Part shown: in pieces, positions 54,645-64,000 of the stretch
How the letters are laid out: every line of letters starts with the position of its first letter
Position numbering within the stretch: position 1 is the first letter of the stretch
Origin: an uncultured Hylemonella sp.
Lineage (GTDB): Bacteria; Pseudomonadota; Gammaproteobacteria; Burkholderiales; Burkholderiaceae_C
NCBI GenBank assembly: GCA_963513295.1
Contig: CAUPQO010000001.1
Coordinates: 4,367-68,366, forward strand
Direction of reading: 5' to 3'
DNA: 64,000 nt
Notes under the pieces: model-generated
Told to the model about the DNA's origin: nothing
Database searches by the model: none
What the model saw: only the letters and a program-made list of their open reading frames with translations
Made by a program: the position numbers and the translations under genes

Positions 54645-55349
54645 TTACACCGCGCGGGCGACCATCATTTCCTTGATCTTGCCGATCGCCTTGGTCGGGT
54701 TCAGACCCTTGGGGCAGACATCGACGCAGTTCATGATGGTGTGGCAGCGGAACAGGCGGTAGGGGTCTTCCAGGTTGTCCAGTCGCTCACCGGTGGCCTG
54801 GTCGCGGCTGTCGGCGATGAAACGGTAGGCCTGCAGAAGACCGGCCGGGCCGACGAACTTGTCCGGGTTCCACCAGAAGCTCGGGCAGCTGGTGGAGCAG
54901 CTGGCGCACAGGATGCATTCGTACAGGCCGTTGAGCTCCTCGCGCTCCTCGGGCGACTGCAGGCGCTCCTTCTCGGGCGGCACATCCTCGTTGATCAGAT
55001 AGGGCTTGATCGAGTGGTACTGCTTGAAGAACTGCGTCAAGTCCACGATCATGTCGCGCACCACCGGCAGGCCGGGCAGTGGCTTGAGCACCACGGTGCC
55101 CTTGAGCGTGTTCATATTGGTCAGGCAGGCCAGACCGTTCTTGCCATTGATGTTCATGGCATCCGAGCCGCAGACGCCTTCGCGGCAGGAGCGTCGGAAG
55201 GACAGGGTGGGGTCGACCGCCTTGAGCTTGATCAGGGCGTCCAGCAGCATGCGCTCATTGCCGTCGAGTTCGACCTCGATGGTCTGCATGTAGGGCTTGG
55301 CGTCCTTGTCCGGGTCGTAGCGATAGATCTGGAAGGTGCGTAGGGTCAT
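54645..55349 (-). CDS. sdhB: Succinate dehydrogenase iron-sulfur subunit
   Basis: [34 protein letters not shown]. Confidence 0.97.
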   Translation of the reverse strand: MTLRTFQIYRYDPDKDAKPYMQTIEVELDGNERMLLDALIKLKAVDPTLSFRRSCREGVCGSDAMNINGKNGLACLTNMNTLKGTVVLKPLPGLPVVRDMIVDLTQFFKQYHSIKPYLINEDVPPEKERLQSPEEREELNGLYECILCASCSTSCPSFWWNPDKFVGPAGLLQAYRFIADSRDQATGERLDNLEDPYRLFRCHTIMNCVDVCPKGLNPTKAIGKIKEMMVARAV

Positions 55350-55371
55350 GGTGGTCTCTCGGCGTGACGTC

Positions 55372-57168
55372 TTAGAAGGTGCGAACCTTGGGCGGGACGG
55401 ACTCGACCGTCAGCGGCTTGAGGTTGACAGGCTTGTAGCTCAGGCTGTTGTTCGCGCTGTGCCACAGGGTGTGCTTCATCCAGTTGGCGTCGTCGCGGCC
55501 CAGCGGTGCCACGGCATCGTCCACCGGGCGCTCGTAGTCGCTCACGGTGTGGGCACCGCGGCACTCCCTGCGGGCGGCAGCCGAGACCATGGTGGCCTGG
55601 GCGCACTCGATCAGGTTGTCGACCTCCAGCGCCTCGATGCGCGCGGTGTTGAAGACCTTGGAGGTGTCCTTCAGCCCGACGTGCTTGCTGCGCTCGCGCA
55701 GTTCGGCGATTTTCCTGACGCCCTCGTCCATGCTGGCCTGGGTACGGAACACGCCGGCGTGTTGCTGCATCGTGGCGCGCATGTCGTTGGCCACGTTCTG
55801 GGCATATTCACCGTTACTTGCCGAATCGAGGCGGGCCAGGCGTGCCAGCGTACGGTCGGCGGCATCGGCCGGCAGCACCTTGTGCGACTTGGTCCGCGAG
55901 GCGAACTCGACGATGTGGTTGCCGGCGGCGCGGCCGAAGACCAGCAGGTCCAGCAGGGAGTTGGTGCCCAGGCGGTTGGCGCCGTGCACGCTGACGCAGG
56001 AGCATTCACCCACGGCGTACAAGCCGTTGACGACCTTGTTGCTGCTGCCGTCATGCACCACCACCTGGCCGTTGATATTGGTCGGGATGCCGCCCATCTG
56101 GTAGTGGATCGTGGGCACAACGGGGATGGCTTCCTTGGTGATGTCCACGTTGGCGAAGTTCACGCCGATCTCGTAGACCGAGGGCAGGCGTTTGTGGATG
56201 GTCTCGGCGCCCAGGTGGTCGAGCTTGAGCATCACGTAGTCCTTGTTCGGACCGCAGCCGCGTCCTTCCTTGATCTCCTGGTCCATGCAGCGCGAGACGA
56301 AGTCGCGCGGTGCCAGGTCCTTCAGGGTCGGGGCATAACGCTCCATGAAGCGCTCGCCGTTGCTGTTGAGCAGGATCGCGCCCTCGCCGCGGCAGCCTTC
56401 GGTCAGCAGCACGCCGGCGCCGGCCACGCCGGTCGGGTGGAACTGCCAGAACTCCATGTCCTGCAGCGGAATGCCGGCACGTGCCGCCATGCCCAGGCCG
56501 TCGCCGGTGTTGATGAAGGCATTGGTGGAGGCGGCAAAGATGCGGCCGGCGCCACCGGTGGCCAGCAGCACGGTCTTGGCGTGCAGCACGTGCAGGTCGC
56601 CGGTTTCCATCTCGAGCGCGGTCACGCCGACCACGTCACCCTCGGCATCGCGGACCAGGTCCAGCGCCATCCATTCGACGAAGAACTGGGTGCGTGCTGC
56701 CACGTTCTGCTGGTACAGGGTGTGCAGCATGGCGTGGCCGGTGCGGTCGGCCGCGGCGCAGGCGCGCTGCACGGGCTTCTCGCCGTAGTTGGCCGTGTGG
56801 CCGCCGAAGGGGCGCTGATAGATGGTGCCGTCGGGGTTGCGGTCGAAGGGCATGCCCATGTGCTCGAGGTCGTACACGACCTTGGGCGCTTCACGGCACA
56901 TGAACTCGATGGCGTCCTGGTCGCCGAGCCAGTCGGAACCCTTGACGGTGTCGTAGAAGTGGAAGTGCCAGTTGTCCTCGGACATATTGCCCAGCGAGGC
57001 GCCGATGCCGCCCTGGGCCGCCACGGTGTGCGAGCGGGTCGGGAAGACCTTGGACAGCACGGCCACGTTCAGGCCGGCACGCGCGAGCTGCAGTGAGGCA
57101 CGCATACCGGAGCCACCGGCTCCGACGATGACGACGTCAAATTTGCGCTTGGATACGGAATACGACAT
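55372..57168 (-). CDS. sdhA: Succinate dehydrogenase flavoprotein subunit
   Basis: [29 protein letters not shown]. Confidence 0.98.
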   Translation of the reverse strand: MSYSVSKRKFDVVIVGAGGSGMRASLQLARAGLNVAVLSKVFPTRSHTVAAQGGIGASLGNMSEDNWHFHFYDTVKGSDWLGDQDAIEFMCREAPKVVYDLEHMGMPFDRNPDGTIYQRPFGGHTANYGEKPVQRACAAADRTGHAMLHTLYQQNVAARTQFFVEWMALDLVRDAEGDVVGVTALEMETGDLHVLHAKTVLLATGGAGRIFAASTNAFINTGDGLGMAARAGIPLQDMEFWQFHPTGVAGAGVLLTEGCRGEGAILLNSNGERFMERYAPTLKDLAPRDFVSRCMDQEIKEGRGCGPNKDYVMLKLDHLGAETIHKRLPSVYEIGVNFANVDITKEAIPVVPTIHYQMGGIPTNINGQVVVHDGSSNKVVNGLYAVGECSCVSVHGANRLGTNSLLDLLVFGRAAGNHIVEFASRTKSHKVLPADAADRTLARLARLDSASNGEYAQNVANDMRATMQQHAGVFRTQASMDEGVRKIAELRERSKHVGLKDTSKVFNTARIEALEVDNLIECAQATMVSAAARRECRGAHTVSDYERPVDDAVAPLGRDDANWMKHTLWHSANNSLSYKPVNLKPLTVESVPPKVRTF

Positions 57169-57171
57169 GGC

Positions 57172-57537
57172 TCAGAGTCTCCACAGGACTTGGATGGCCC
57201 AGCCGGCGCAGCCGACCAGCCAGACGATGGTGAATACCTGCAGGGACAGGCGCAGCCAGACCGGCTTGATGTAGTCCATCAAGATGTCGCGCATGCCCAC
57301 CCAGACGTGCCAGATCAGCGCGACGATGATGGCGAAGGTCAGCACCTTCATCCACTGGGCGGCGAAGATGCCGGCCCAGAGTTCGTAGCCGATGGGGCCG
57401 CGGGTGAACAGGACCTGGGCCAGCACCACGAAGGTGAAGAGGACCATCAGGGCGGCGGTGATGCGCTGGCTCAGCCAGTCGCGCAGACCGTAGTGCGCGC
57501 CGACGACGATGCGCTTGGAGCCGTAGTTGACGGACAT
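57172..57537 (-). CDS. sdhD: Succinate dehydrogenase hydrophobic membrane anchor
   Basis: GLRDWLSQRITA, H.W.GMRD..MDY. Confidence 0.93.
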   Translation of the reverse strand: MSVNYGSKRIVVGAHYGLRDWLSQRITAALMVLFTFVVLAQVLFTRGPIGYELWAGIFAAQWMKVLTFAIIVALIWHVWVGMRDILMDYIKPVWLRLSLQVFTIVWLVGCAGWAIQVLWRL

Positions 57538-57556
57538 GTGTTGCTCCTTGTTCTTC

Positions 57557-58000
57557 TTAGTAGAGGCCGAACAGCTTGGCGCCCAGCACGACGGTCAGGG
57601 CCGCGCTCAGCACCAGGGTGACGATGGCTGAACTGTGGCCGAATTCCTTGCTCACGGCATGGGCCACGTCCATCCAGAGGTGACGGATGCCGGCAATGAT
57701 GTGGTGCAGATAGGCCCAGATCAGGGCCAGCGCGACCAGCTTGAAGAACCAGCCGGGTACAAAGCCTGCGCCGGCGCTGAACAGGGCGCTGAAACGGGCG
57801 TAGGAATATTCGGAGCTCACCGAGGTGTCGAACAGCCAGATGAGGAAGGGCAGCAGCAGGAACATCAGCGCACCGCTGACGCGGTGCAGGATGGACACCC
57901 AGCCGGCCGGAGGCAGGCGGTAGCTGGGCAGGTCTTTCAGCGCGTGGATGTTGCGGAACTCGGGCCGCTGTGGCCGGGAGGAGGGGACAAGCTCAGTCAT
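57557..58000 (-). CDS. sdhC: Succinate dehydrogenase cytochrome b556 subunit
   Basis: SILHRVSG, H..AGIRHL.MD. Confidence 0.93.
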   Translation of the reverse strand: MTELVPSSRPQRPEFRNIHALKDLPSYRLPPAGWVSILHRVSGALMFLLLPFLIWLFDTSVSSEYSYARFSALFSAGAGFVPGWFFKLVALALIWAYLHHIIAGIRHLWMDVAHAVSKEFGHSSAIVTLVLSAALTVVLGAKLFGLY

Positions 58001-58057
58001 GGATGGGCTTTCTGTGGATGTAACCGCTTTGTAATTTTCGGGCCTAAACAGTGCCAA

Positions 58058-58077
58058 ATTCTATTGCAATGCAGCAT
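58058..58077 (-). promoter_or_regulatory. sdhC -10 (TAGAAT) with adjacent TGC-N3-GCA box
   Basis: ATTCTA at 58058-58063; TGCAATGCAGCA at 58065-58076. Confidence 0.45.
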
Positions 58078-58132
58078 TCAATCGGGCCTGACGCTGCTTC
58101 ATTCTGCGCTCGGATGCTGGTAACCAAGTTTC

Positions 58133-58930
58133 TCAGCTCAGTACATTCCGATAGTGGTGGGTGTCGGTCAGGTACAGGCCGCGGCGCAATTCCATGGGCA
58201 CATCGTTGTAGGTATAAGCGATGCGCTCCACGCTCAGCAGCGGGGTGGTTTTGGGCACCTTCAGGAGTGTGGCCTGGGCGGCATCGGGCAGTACGGCACG
58301 GATTTTTTCCTCGGCCCGCACCATGCGCACGCCGAATTCGGTCTCGAACAGTTCGTACATATGGCCATGGTGCTGGCTCAGGCGCTCGGCGGTCAGCCCC
58401 TTGAAGGGGGTGCCGGGCAGCCACAGGTCTTCCAGGATGGTGGGGCGGCCAGCGAAGGAGAGGACGCGCCTGGCCTGCAGCACGCTGTCGCCCGTACGCA
58501 GCGCCAGGGCGCGCGCGATCTCGGCTGGCGCGCGCAGTCGCTTGCAGTCGATGATGTTGCGCTCGGCCGGCCCCTCGCTCTGGCGGTCACCCTGGTCGGG
58601 CATCAGGCGCAGGAAACGGTACTGCACATGCTGCTCGGCATGGGTGGCCACGAAAGTGCCCTTGCCCTGGCGGCGCACCAGCAGGTGCTCGGCGGCCAGT
58701 TCATCGATGGCCTTGCGCACCGTGCCCTGGCTGACCCGGTAGCGTGCGGCCAGATCCATCTCGCTGGGGATGGCTTCACCCGGTTTCCACTCGCCGGATT
58801 GCAGGCTTTGCAGGATCAGTCCCTTGATCTGCTGGTACAGGGGGCTGAAGGCGGGGGCGGGTGGCGCCGAAGCGCCGTTGTCGACGGCGGCCGAAGTGCT
58901 GTCAGCCAGAGGGGGGGCGCTGGAGTTCAT
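58133..58930 (-). CDS. GntR-family regulator, HutC/UTRA subfamily (SdhR-like)
   Basis: PLYQQI, PSE..LA....VSQGTVRKA, R.QGKGTFV, UTRA C-terminus; between mdh and sdhC. Confidence 0.92.
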   Translation of the reverse strand: MNSSAPPLADSTSAAVDNGASAPPAPAFSPLYQQIKGLILQSLQSGEWKPGEAIPSEMDLAARYRVSQGTVRKAIDELAAEHLLVRRQGKGTFVATHAEQHVQYRFLRLMPDQGDRQSEGPAERNIIDCKRLRAPAEIARALALRTGDSVLQARRVLSFAGRPTILEDLWLPGTPFKGLTAERLSQHHGHMYELFETEFGVRMVRAEEKIRAVLPDAAQATLLKVPKTTPLLSVERIAYTYNDVPMELRRGLYLTDTHHYRNVLS

Positions 58931-58970
58931 GCGGTGTGCCGGGTCGGTTGGGGGTGCGAAAACAGTTCGA

Positions 58971-59028
58971 ATCATATCTTATATAAGACATAAGACAAAT
59001 TGATAAATCAGGGTTTTCGCGCTACACT
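58971..59028. promoter_or_regulatory. Palindromic operator plus mdh promoter
   Basis: TCTTATATAAGA at 58977-58988 with ATAAGAC repeated; TTGATA-17-TACACT at 59000-59028. Confidence 0.7.
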
Positions 59029-59112
59029 CCCGGGCACATCCGGGGTACTCGCCGGCCGGTCCGGCATCCCCCCGCGGTCGCCGATTCCCTATCACTTTCT
59101 GGAGTTTCCACC

Positions 59113-60099
59113 ATGAGCAAAAAGCCCGTCCGCGTCGCCGTCACCGGCGCCGCCGGCCAAATCGGTTACGCCTTGTTGTTCCGCATCGCCTCAGGCGAAA
59201 TGCTGGGCAAGGACCAGCCCGTCATTCTGCAACTGCTGGAAATTCCGGACGAGAAGGCCCAGAAGGCGCTCAAGGGTGTGATGATGGAATTAGAAGACTG
59301 TGCCTTCCCGCTGCTGGCCGGCATGGAAGCCCACAGCGACCCGATGACCGCCTTCAAGGACACCGACTACGCTCTGCTGGTGGGCTCGCGTCCGCGCGGC
59401 CCGGGCATGGAACGCGCCGAGCTGCTGGCCGTCAATGGCGCCATCTTCACGGCCCAGGGCAAGGCCCTGAACGCCGTGGCTTCGCGCAAGGTCAAGGTGC
59501 TGGTGGTCGGCAACCCCGCCAATACCAATGCCTACATTGCGATGAAGAGCGCCCCGGACCTGCCGCGCAAGAATTTCACCGCCATGCTGCGCCTGGACCA
59601 CAACCGTGCTGCCAGCCAGATCGCCGCCAAGACCGGCAAGGCCGTGGCCGACATCGAGAAACTCACTGTCTGGGGCAACCATTCGCCCACCATGTACGCC
59701 GACTATCGCTTCGCCACCATCAAGGGCGAGAGCGTGGCCAAGATGATCAACGACCAGGAATGGAACGCCAACGTGTTCCTGCCCACCGTGGGCAAGCGCG
59801 GCGCTGCCATCATCGAGGCACGCGGCCTGTCCTCCGCCGCCTCGGCCGCCAACGCCGCCATCGACCATATGCGCGACTGGGCCCTGGGCACCAATGGCAA
59901 GTGGGTCACGATGGGCATCCCGTCGGACGGCCAGTACGGCATCCCGAAGGACGTCATGTTCGGCTTCCCGGTCACCTGCGAAGGCGGCGAGTACAAGCTG
60001 GTCGAGGGCCTGGCGATCGATGAGTTCAGCCAGAAATGCATCGACAAGACCTTGGCCGAGCTGATGGGCGAGCAGGACGGCGTCAAGCACCTCCTCTGA
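59113..60099 (+). CDS. mdh: Malate dehydrogenase
   Basis: [30 protein letters not shown]. Confidence 0.98.
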   Translation: MSKKPVRVAVTGAAGQIGYALLFRIASGEMLGKDQPVILQLLEIPDEKAQKALKGVMMELEDCAFPLLAGMEAHSDPMTAFKDTDYALLVGSRPRGPGMERAELLAVNGAIFTAQGKALNAVASRKVKVLVVGNPANTNAYIAMKSAPDLPRKNFTAMLRLDHNRAASQIAAKTGKAVADIEKLTVWGNHSPTMYADYRFATIKGESVAKMINDQEWNANVFLPTVGKRGAAIIEARGLSSAASAANAAIDHMRDWALGTNGKWVTMGIPSDGQYGIPKDVMFGFPVTCEGGEYKLVEGLAIDEFSQKCIDKTLAELMGEQDGVKHLL

Positions 60100-60106
60100 T
60101 CCTGTC

Positions 60107-61204
60107 ATGGCCCATCCGCGCGACATCCTCCTTGGCGCCCAGGCCGCAGCCGGCTTCCTGCCGGTCTGCGACCATTACAGTGGCGTCGAGGTACGCATGC
60201 GCAAGAGCCTGCAGCTGCAGGCCGAGATGACAGCCGAGTTCGGTGCTTGCGTGTTCGATGTCTCGCTGGATTGCGAGGACGGTGCGCCAGTCGGTGGCGA
60301 GCGCGACCATGCCCAGATGGTGGTGGTGCTGGCCAACGAAGCGCAAGCCGCTGCCCGCCAGGCGGCGCTCCCGGTGGCACCGCGCGTCGCGGTTCGTGTG
60401 CATCCGGTGGACCATGCCGCCTTCGAGCAGGACGTGGCCACCATCGTCGGCGGCGCCGGCCATGCCTTATGCCATCTGATGATCCCCAAGGTCGAGTCGG
60501 TGGCCGACGTGGAGCGCGCCGTAGCCGCGGTCGATGCGGCCGCCCGCAGCGCCGGCCGGGTCGCCCCCTTACCCTTGCAGGTGCTGCTGGAGTCGCCGGC
60601 CGCCGTGCATCGTGCCTTTGACATTGCGGCGCATCCGCGGGTGCAGTCGATCAGCTTCGGCTTGATGGACTTCGTCTCGGCGCATGGCGGGGCCATCCCT
60701 GACAGCGCTATGAGTTCGCGCTCGGACAGCGTGACTGGCGAGTTGGGCCAGTTCACGCATCCCCTGGTGCGGCGCGCCAAGCTGGAGATCGCCTCCGCCT
60801 GCCATGCCCACGGCAAAGTGCCTTCTCATTGTGTGGTGACTGAATTCAGCGACACTGAAGCCATGAAGGCTGCTGCCCGCAAGGCCTCGCGCGAGTTTGG
60901 TTACACGCGCATGTGGAGCATCCACCCGAGCCAGATTCGCCCCATCCTGGATGCGCTGGCCCCCAGTGGCGCTGACATCGAACGTGCGGCTACCATCATT
61001 GCAGCAGCCGAATCGGCGCAGTGGGCCCCCGTGAGCTATGAAGGGCAATTGCACGATCGCGCCAGTTACAGCTATTTCTGGCAGGTGCTGGAGCGTGCCC
61101 ACCAGACCGGGCGCGTACTGCCCGCCATCATGCAGGCTTATTTTGCGAGCCCTACCATCCTGAAACCCCCGCGGTTCCCGCTTGAGGCGGGAGCGCATTT
61201 TTGA
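60107..61204 (+). CDS. HpcH/HpaI aldolase / citrate lyase beta (CitE)-like protein
   Basis: LDCEDGA, MIPKV, LLES, FGLMDF, WSIHPSQI. Confidence 0.85.
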   Translation: MAHPRDILLGAQAAAGFLPVCDHYSGVEVRMRKSLQLQAEMTAEFGACVFDVSLDCEDGAPVGGERDHAQMVVVLANEAQAAARQAALPVAPRVAVRVHPVDHAAFEQDVATIVGGAGHALCHLMIPKVESVADVERAVAAVDAAARSAGRVAPLPLQVLLESPAAVHRAFDIAAHPRVQSISFGLMDFVSAHGGAIPDSAMSSRSDSVTGELGQFTHPLVRRAKLEIASACHAHGKVPSHCVVTEFSDTEAMKAAARKASREFGYTRMWSIHPSQIRPILDALAPSGADIERAATIIAAAESAQWAPVSYEGQLHDRASYSYFWQVLERAHQTGRVLPAIMQAYFASPTILKPPRFPLEAGAHF

Positions 61205-61225
61205 AATTGCCAAGAAGGAGTCATC

Positions 61226-63811
61226 ATGTTGCAAGCCTACCGCGCCCATGTCGCTGAACGCGCCGCACTCGGCATCCCCCCGCTGCCGCTGACGGCCAAA
61301 CAAACCGGCGAGCTGATCGAACTGCTGAAGAACCCGCCCAAGGGCGAGGAGAGCACCCTGGTCGAGCTGATCACGCACCGCGTGCCGGCCGGCGTGGACG
61401 ATGCCGCCAAGGTCAAGGCCAGCTACCTGGCCGCCGTGGCCCACGGTACCGAAAAATGTGCGCTGATCTCGCGCGAGAAGGCCACCGAACTGCTGGGTAC
61501 CATGCTGGGCGGCTACAACCTGACCCCGCTGATCGACCTGCTGGACGATGCCCAGGTGGGCAAGGTGGCGGCCGAGGGCCTGAAGAAGACCCTGCTGATG
61601 TTCGACCAGTTCCACGACGTGCAGGAAAAGGCCGCCAAGGGCAATGCCAACGCCAAGGCCGTGGTCCAGAGCTGGGCCGATGCCGAGTGGTTCACCAGCC
61701 GCCCCGAAGTGCCCAAGAGCATCATGCTGACTGTGCTCAAGGTGACCGGCGAGACCAATACCGACGACCTGTCGCCCGCGCCCGACGCCTGGAGCCGCCC
61801 CGACATTCCGCTGCATGCCCTGGCCATGCTCAAGAACAAGCGCGACGGCATCACCCCCGAGGAAGACGGCAAGCGCGGCCCGATCAAATTCATCGAAGAC
61901 CTGCGTGCCCGCGGCAACCTGGTGGCTTATGTGGGCGACGTGGTGGGCACGGGTTCTTCCCGCAAGTCCGCCACCAACTCCGTGCTGTGGTTCACCGGCG
62001 AAGACATTCCCTTCGTGCCGAACAAGCGCTACGGCGGTGTCTGCCTGGGCTCCAAGATCGCCCCGATCTTCTACAACACCATGGAAGACGCCGGCGCCCT
62101 GCCGATCGAGCTGGATGTGAGCCAGATGAACATGGGCGACACGATTGAGCTGCGTCCCTACGAAGGCAAGGCCCTCAAGGATGGCAAGGTCATCGCCGAG
62201 TTCACGGTCCGCAGCGACGTGCTGTTCGACGAAGTGCGTGCTGGCGGTCGCATTCCGCTGATCATCGGCCGCGGTCTGACCGGCAAGGCGCGCGAGGCCC
62301 TGGGCCTGCCCCCGAGCACCCTGTTCCGCCTGCCGCAAGTGCCCAAGGCCACCGGCAAGGGTTTCACGCTGGCCCAGAAGATGGTGGGCCGTGCCTGCGG
62401 CCTGCCCGAAGGCAGGGGCGTGCTGCCCGGCACCTATTGCGAACCCAAGATGACCTCGGTCGGTTCGCAGGACACGACCGGCACGATGCCGCGCGCCGAG
62501 TGGAAAGATCGGGCCTGCCTGGGCTTCAGCTCCGACCTCGTGATGCAGTCCTTCTGTCACACCGCTGCTTACCCGAAGCCGGTGGACGTGAAGATGCACC
62601 ACGAACTGCCCGAGTTCATGAGCAACCGCGGCGGCATTTCGCTCAAGCCCGGCGACGGCATCATCCACAGCTGGCTCAACCGCATGCTGCTGCCCGACAC
62701 CGTGGGCACCGGCGGCGACAGCCACACCCGCTTCCCCATCGGCATCTCCTTCCCGGCCGGCTCTGGCCTGGTGGCCTTTGCCGCCGCCACTGGCGTCATG
62801 CCGCTGGACATGCCCGAGTCGGTGCTGGTGCGCTTCAAGGGCAAGATGCAGCCCGGCGTCACCCTGCGGGACCTGGTGCACGCCATTCCGCTGTACGCCA
62901 TCAAGCAGGGCCTGCTGACGGTGGAGAAGAAGGGCAAGAAGAACGCCTTCTCCGGCCGCATCCTCGAGATCGAGGGCCTGCCCGACCTGAAGGTGGAACA
63001 GGCTTTCGAACTGGCTGACGCCTCGGCCGAGCGCTCCGCTGCCGGTTGTACGGTGGCCCTGAACAAGGAGCCGATCATCGAGTACATCAACAGCAATATC
63101 GTGCTGTTGAAGAACCTGATCGCCCAGGGCTACCACGACGAGCGCACCATCGCCCGCCGCATCAAGGCCATGGAAGCCTGGCTGGCCAAGCCGGACCTGC
63201 TCAAGGCCGACAAGGACGCCGAGTACGCCCATGTGGTCGAGATCGACCTGAACGAGATCACCGAGCCCATCGTCTGCTGCCCGAACGACCCGGACGACGC
63301 CAAGACCCTGTCCGACGTGGCCGGTGCCAAGATCGACGAAGTCTTCATCGGTTCGTGCATGACCAATATCGGCCACTTCCGTGCTGCCTCCAAGCTGCTC
63401 GAAGGCAAGAGGGACATCCCGGTCAAGCTCTGGATGGCTCCGCCGACCAAGATGGATGCGCAGCAGCTGAACGAAGAGGGGCACTACGCGACCTTTGGTG
63501 CCGCCGGTGCCCGTATGGAAATGCCGGGCTGCAGCCTGTGCATGGGCAACCAGGCACAGGTGAAGGAGGGCGCGACCGTGATGTCCACCAGCACCCGCAA
63601 CTTCCCCAACCGCCTGGGCAAGAACACCAATGTGTACCTGGGCTCGGCTGAACTGGCCGCGATCTGCTCCAAGCTGGGCCGTATCCCGACCAAGGCCGAG
63701 TACCAGGCCGACATGGGCGTGCTGTCGGCCAACGGCGACACGGTCTACAAGTACCTGAACTTCGACCAGATCGGCGAGTACAAGGACGTGGCCGACAAGA
63801 TCACGGCCTGA
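61226..63811 (+). CDS. acnB: Aconitate hydratase B
   Basis: [42 protein letters not shown]. Confidence 0.97.
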   Translation: MLQAYRAHVAERAALGIPPLPLTAKQTGELIELLKNPPKGEESTLVELITHRVPAGVDDAAKVKASYLAAVAHGTEKCALISREKATELLGTMLGGYNLTPLIDLLDDAQVGKVAAEGLKKTLLMFDQFHDVQEKAAKGNANAKAVVQSWADAEWFTSRPEVPKSIMLTVLKVTGETNTDDLSPAPDAWSRPDIPLHALAMLKNKRDGITPEEDGKRGPIKFIEDLRARGNLVAYVGDVVGTGSSRKSATNSVLWFTGEDIPFVPNKRYGGVCLGSKIAPIFYNTMEDAGALPIELDVSQMNMGDTIELRPYEGKALKDGKVIAEFTVRSDVLFDEVRAGGRIPLIIGRGLTGKAREALGLPPSTLFRLPQVPKATGKGFTLAQKMVGRACGLPEGRGVLPGTYCEPKMTSVGSQDTTGTMPRAEWKDRACLGFSSDLVMQSFCHTAAYPKPVDVKMHHELPEFMSNRGGISLKPGDGIIHSWLNRMLLPDTVGTGGDSHTRFPIGISFPAGSGLVAFAAATGVMPLDMPESVLVRFKGKMQPGVTLRDLVHAIPLYAIKQGLLTVEKKGKKNAFSGRILEIEGLPDLKVEQAFELADASAERSAAGCTVALNKEPIIEYINSNIVLLKNLIAQGYHDERTIARRIKAMEAWLAKPDLLKADKDAEYAHVVEIDLNEITEPIVCCPNDPDDAKTLSDVAGAKIDEVFIGSCMTNIGHFRAASKLLEGKRDIPVKLWMAPPTKMDAQQLNEEGHYATFGAAGARMEMPGCSLCMGNQAQVKEGATVMSTSTRNFPNRLGKNTNVYLGSAELAAICSKLGRIPTKAEYQADMGVLSANGDTVYKYLNFDQIGEYKDVADKITA

Positions 63812-63830
63812 GTCGCGTCTACCTGACCAG

Positions 63831-63862
63831 AAGCCCTGCGGTGTGAGCCGCAGGGCTTTTTT
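63831..63862 (+). terminator. Rho-independent terminator after acnB
   Basis: AAGCCCTGCGG-TGTGAG-CCGCAGGGCTT-TTTT. Confidence 0.85.
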
Positions 63863-63887
63863 CATGAGTCCACCGATAATTTCGGCC

Positions 63888-64000
63888 ATGAACACCCTCC
63901 AGAACCTACCTTTTCCGCTGCAGACCGTGCTGCTGCTGATCGGCAGCAATGTCTTCATGACCGTTGCCTGGTATGGCCACCTGAAGAACCTGGCAAGCGC
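63888..64000 (+). CDS. DMT-family (DUF486-like) membrane protein, partial (runs off window end)
   Basis: MNTLQNLPFPLQTVLLLIGSNVFMTVAWYGHLK. Confidence 0.75.
   Translation, partial: MNTLQNLPFPLQTVLLLIGSNVFMTVAWYGHLKNLAS

Noticed and set aside
60569-63958. 1129-aa minus-strand ORF, and similar long ORFs opposite lepA, asd/leuB, sdhA, gltA, fabF and trpB
   Set aside because: They mirror well-supported genes on the opposite strand and have typical shadow composition

Overview
GC-rich betaproteobacterial chromosome segment. Gene content and order suggest Burkholderiales/Comamonadaceae (inference). It is mostly housekeeping: gshA; rne/rluC; maf-yceD-rpmF-plsX-fabHDG-acpP-fabF; ygfX-like-rpoE-rseA-rseB-degP; lepA-lepB-rnc-era-recO-pdxJ-acpS-nagZ; lysS; the asd-fimV-truA-trpFBA-accD block; leuCDB; sdhCDAB-sdhE-gltA; a GntR regulator; mdh; and acnB. 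I found no rRNA, tRNA, CRISPR array, prophage or IS. The best candidate for a new system is in the accessory block between nagZ and lysS (33.2-38.7 kb). There, a small split-barrel (PNPOx-like) protein is translationally coupled to a split-barrel/GAF/OmpR-type winged-helix protein. They sit convergent with a hemerythrin-like gene whose promoter carries four 11-bp-phased direct repeats, consistent with a kinase-free cofactor-sensing regulatory module. Other notable signals are a Pho-box-like array upstream of an orphan chemoreceptor, a DnaA-box cluster with an IHF-like site upstream of lepA, and an HD-GYP protein lacking the HD dyad. The window also shows a highly structured rne leader, a direct repeat in the rpmF leader, several apparently leaderless genes, and clustered substitutions in conserved motifs that look like consensus errors. 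All family assignments come from recognising motifs by eye; no database searches were run.
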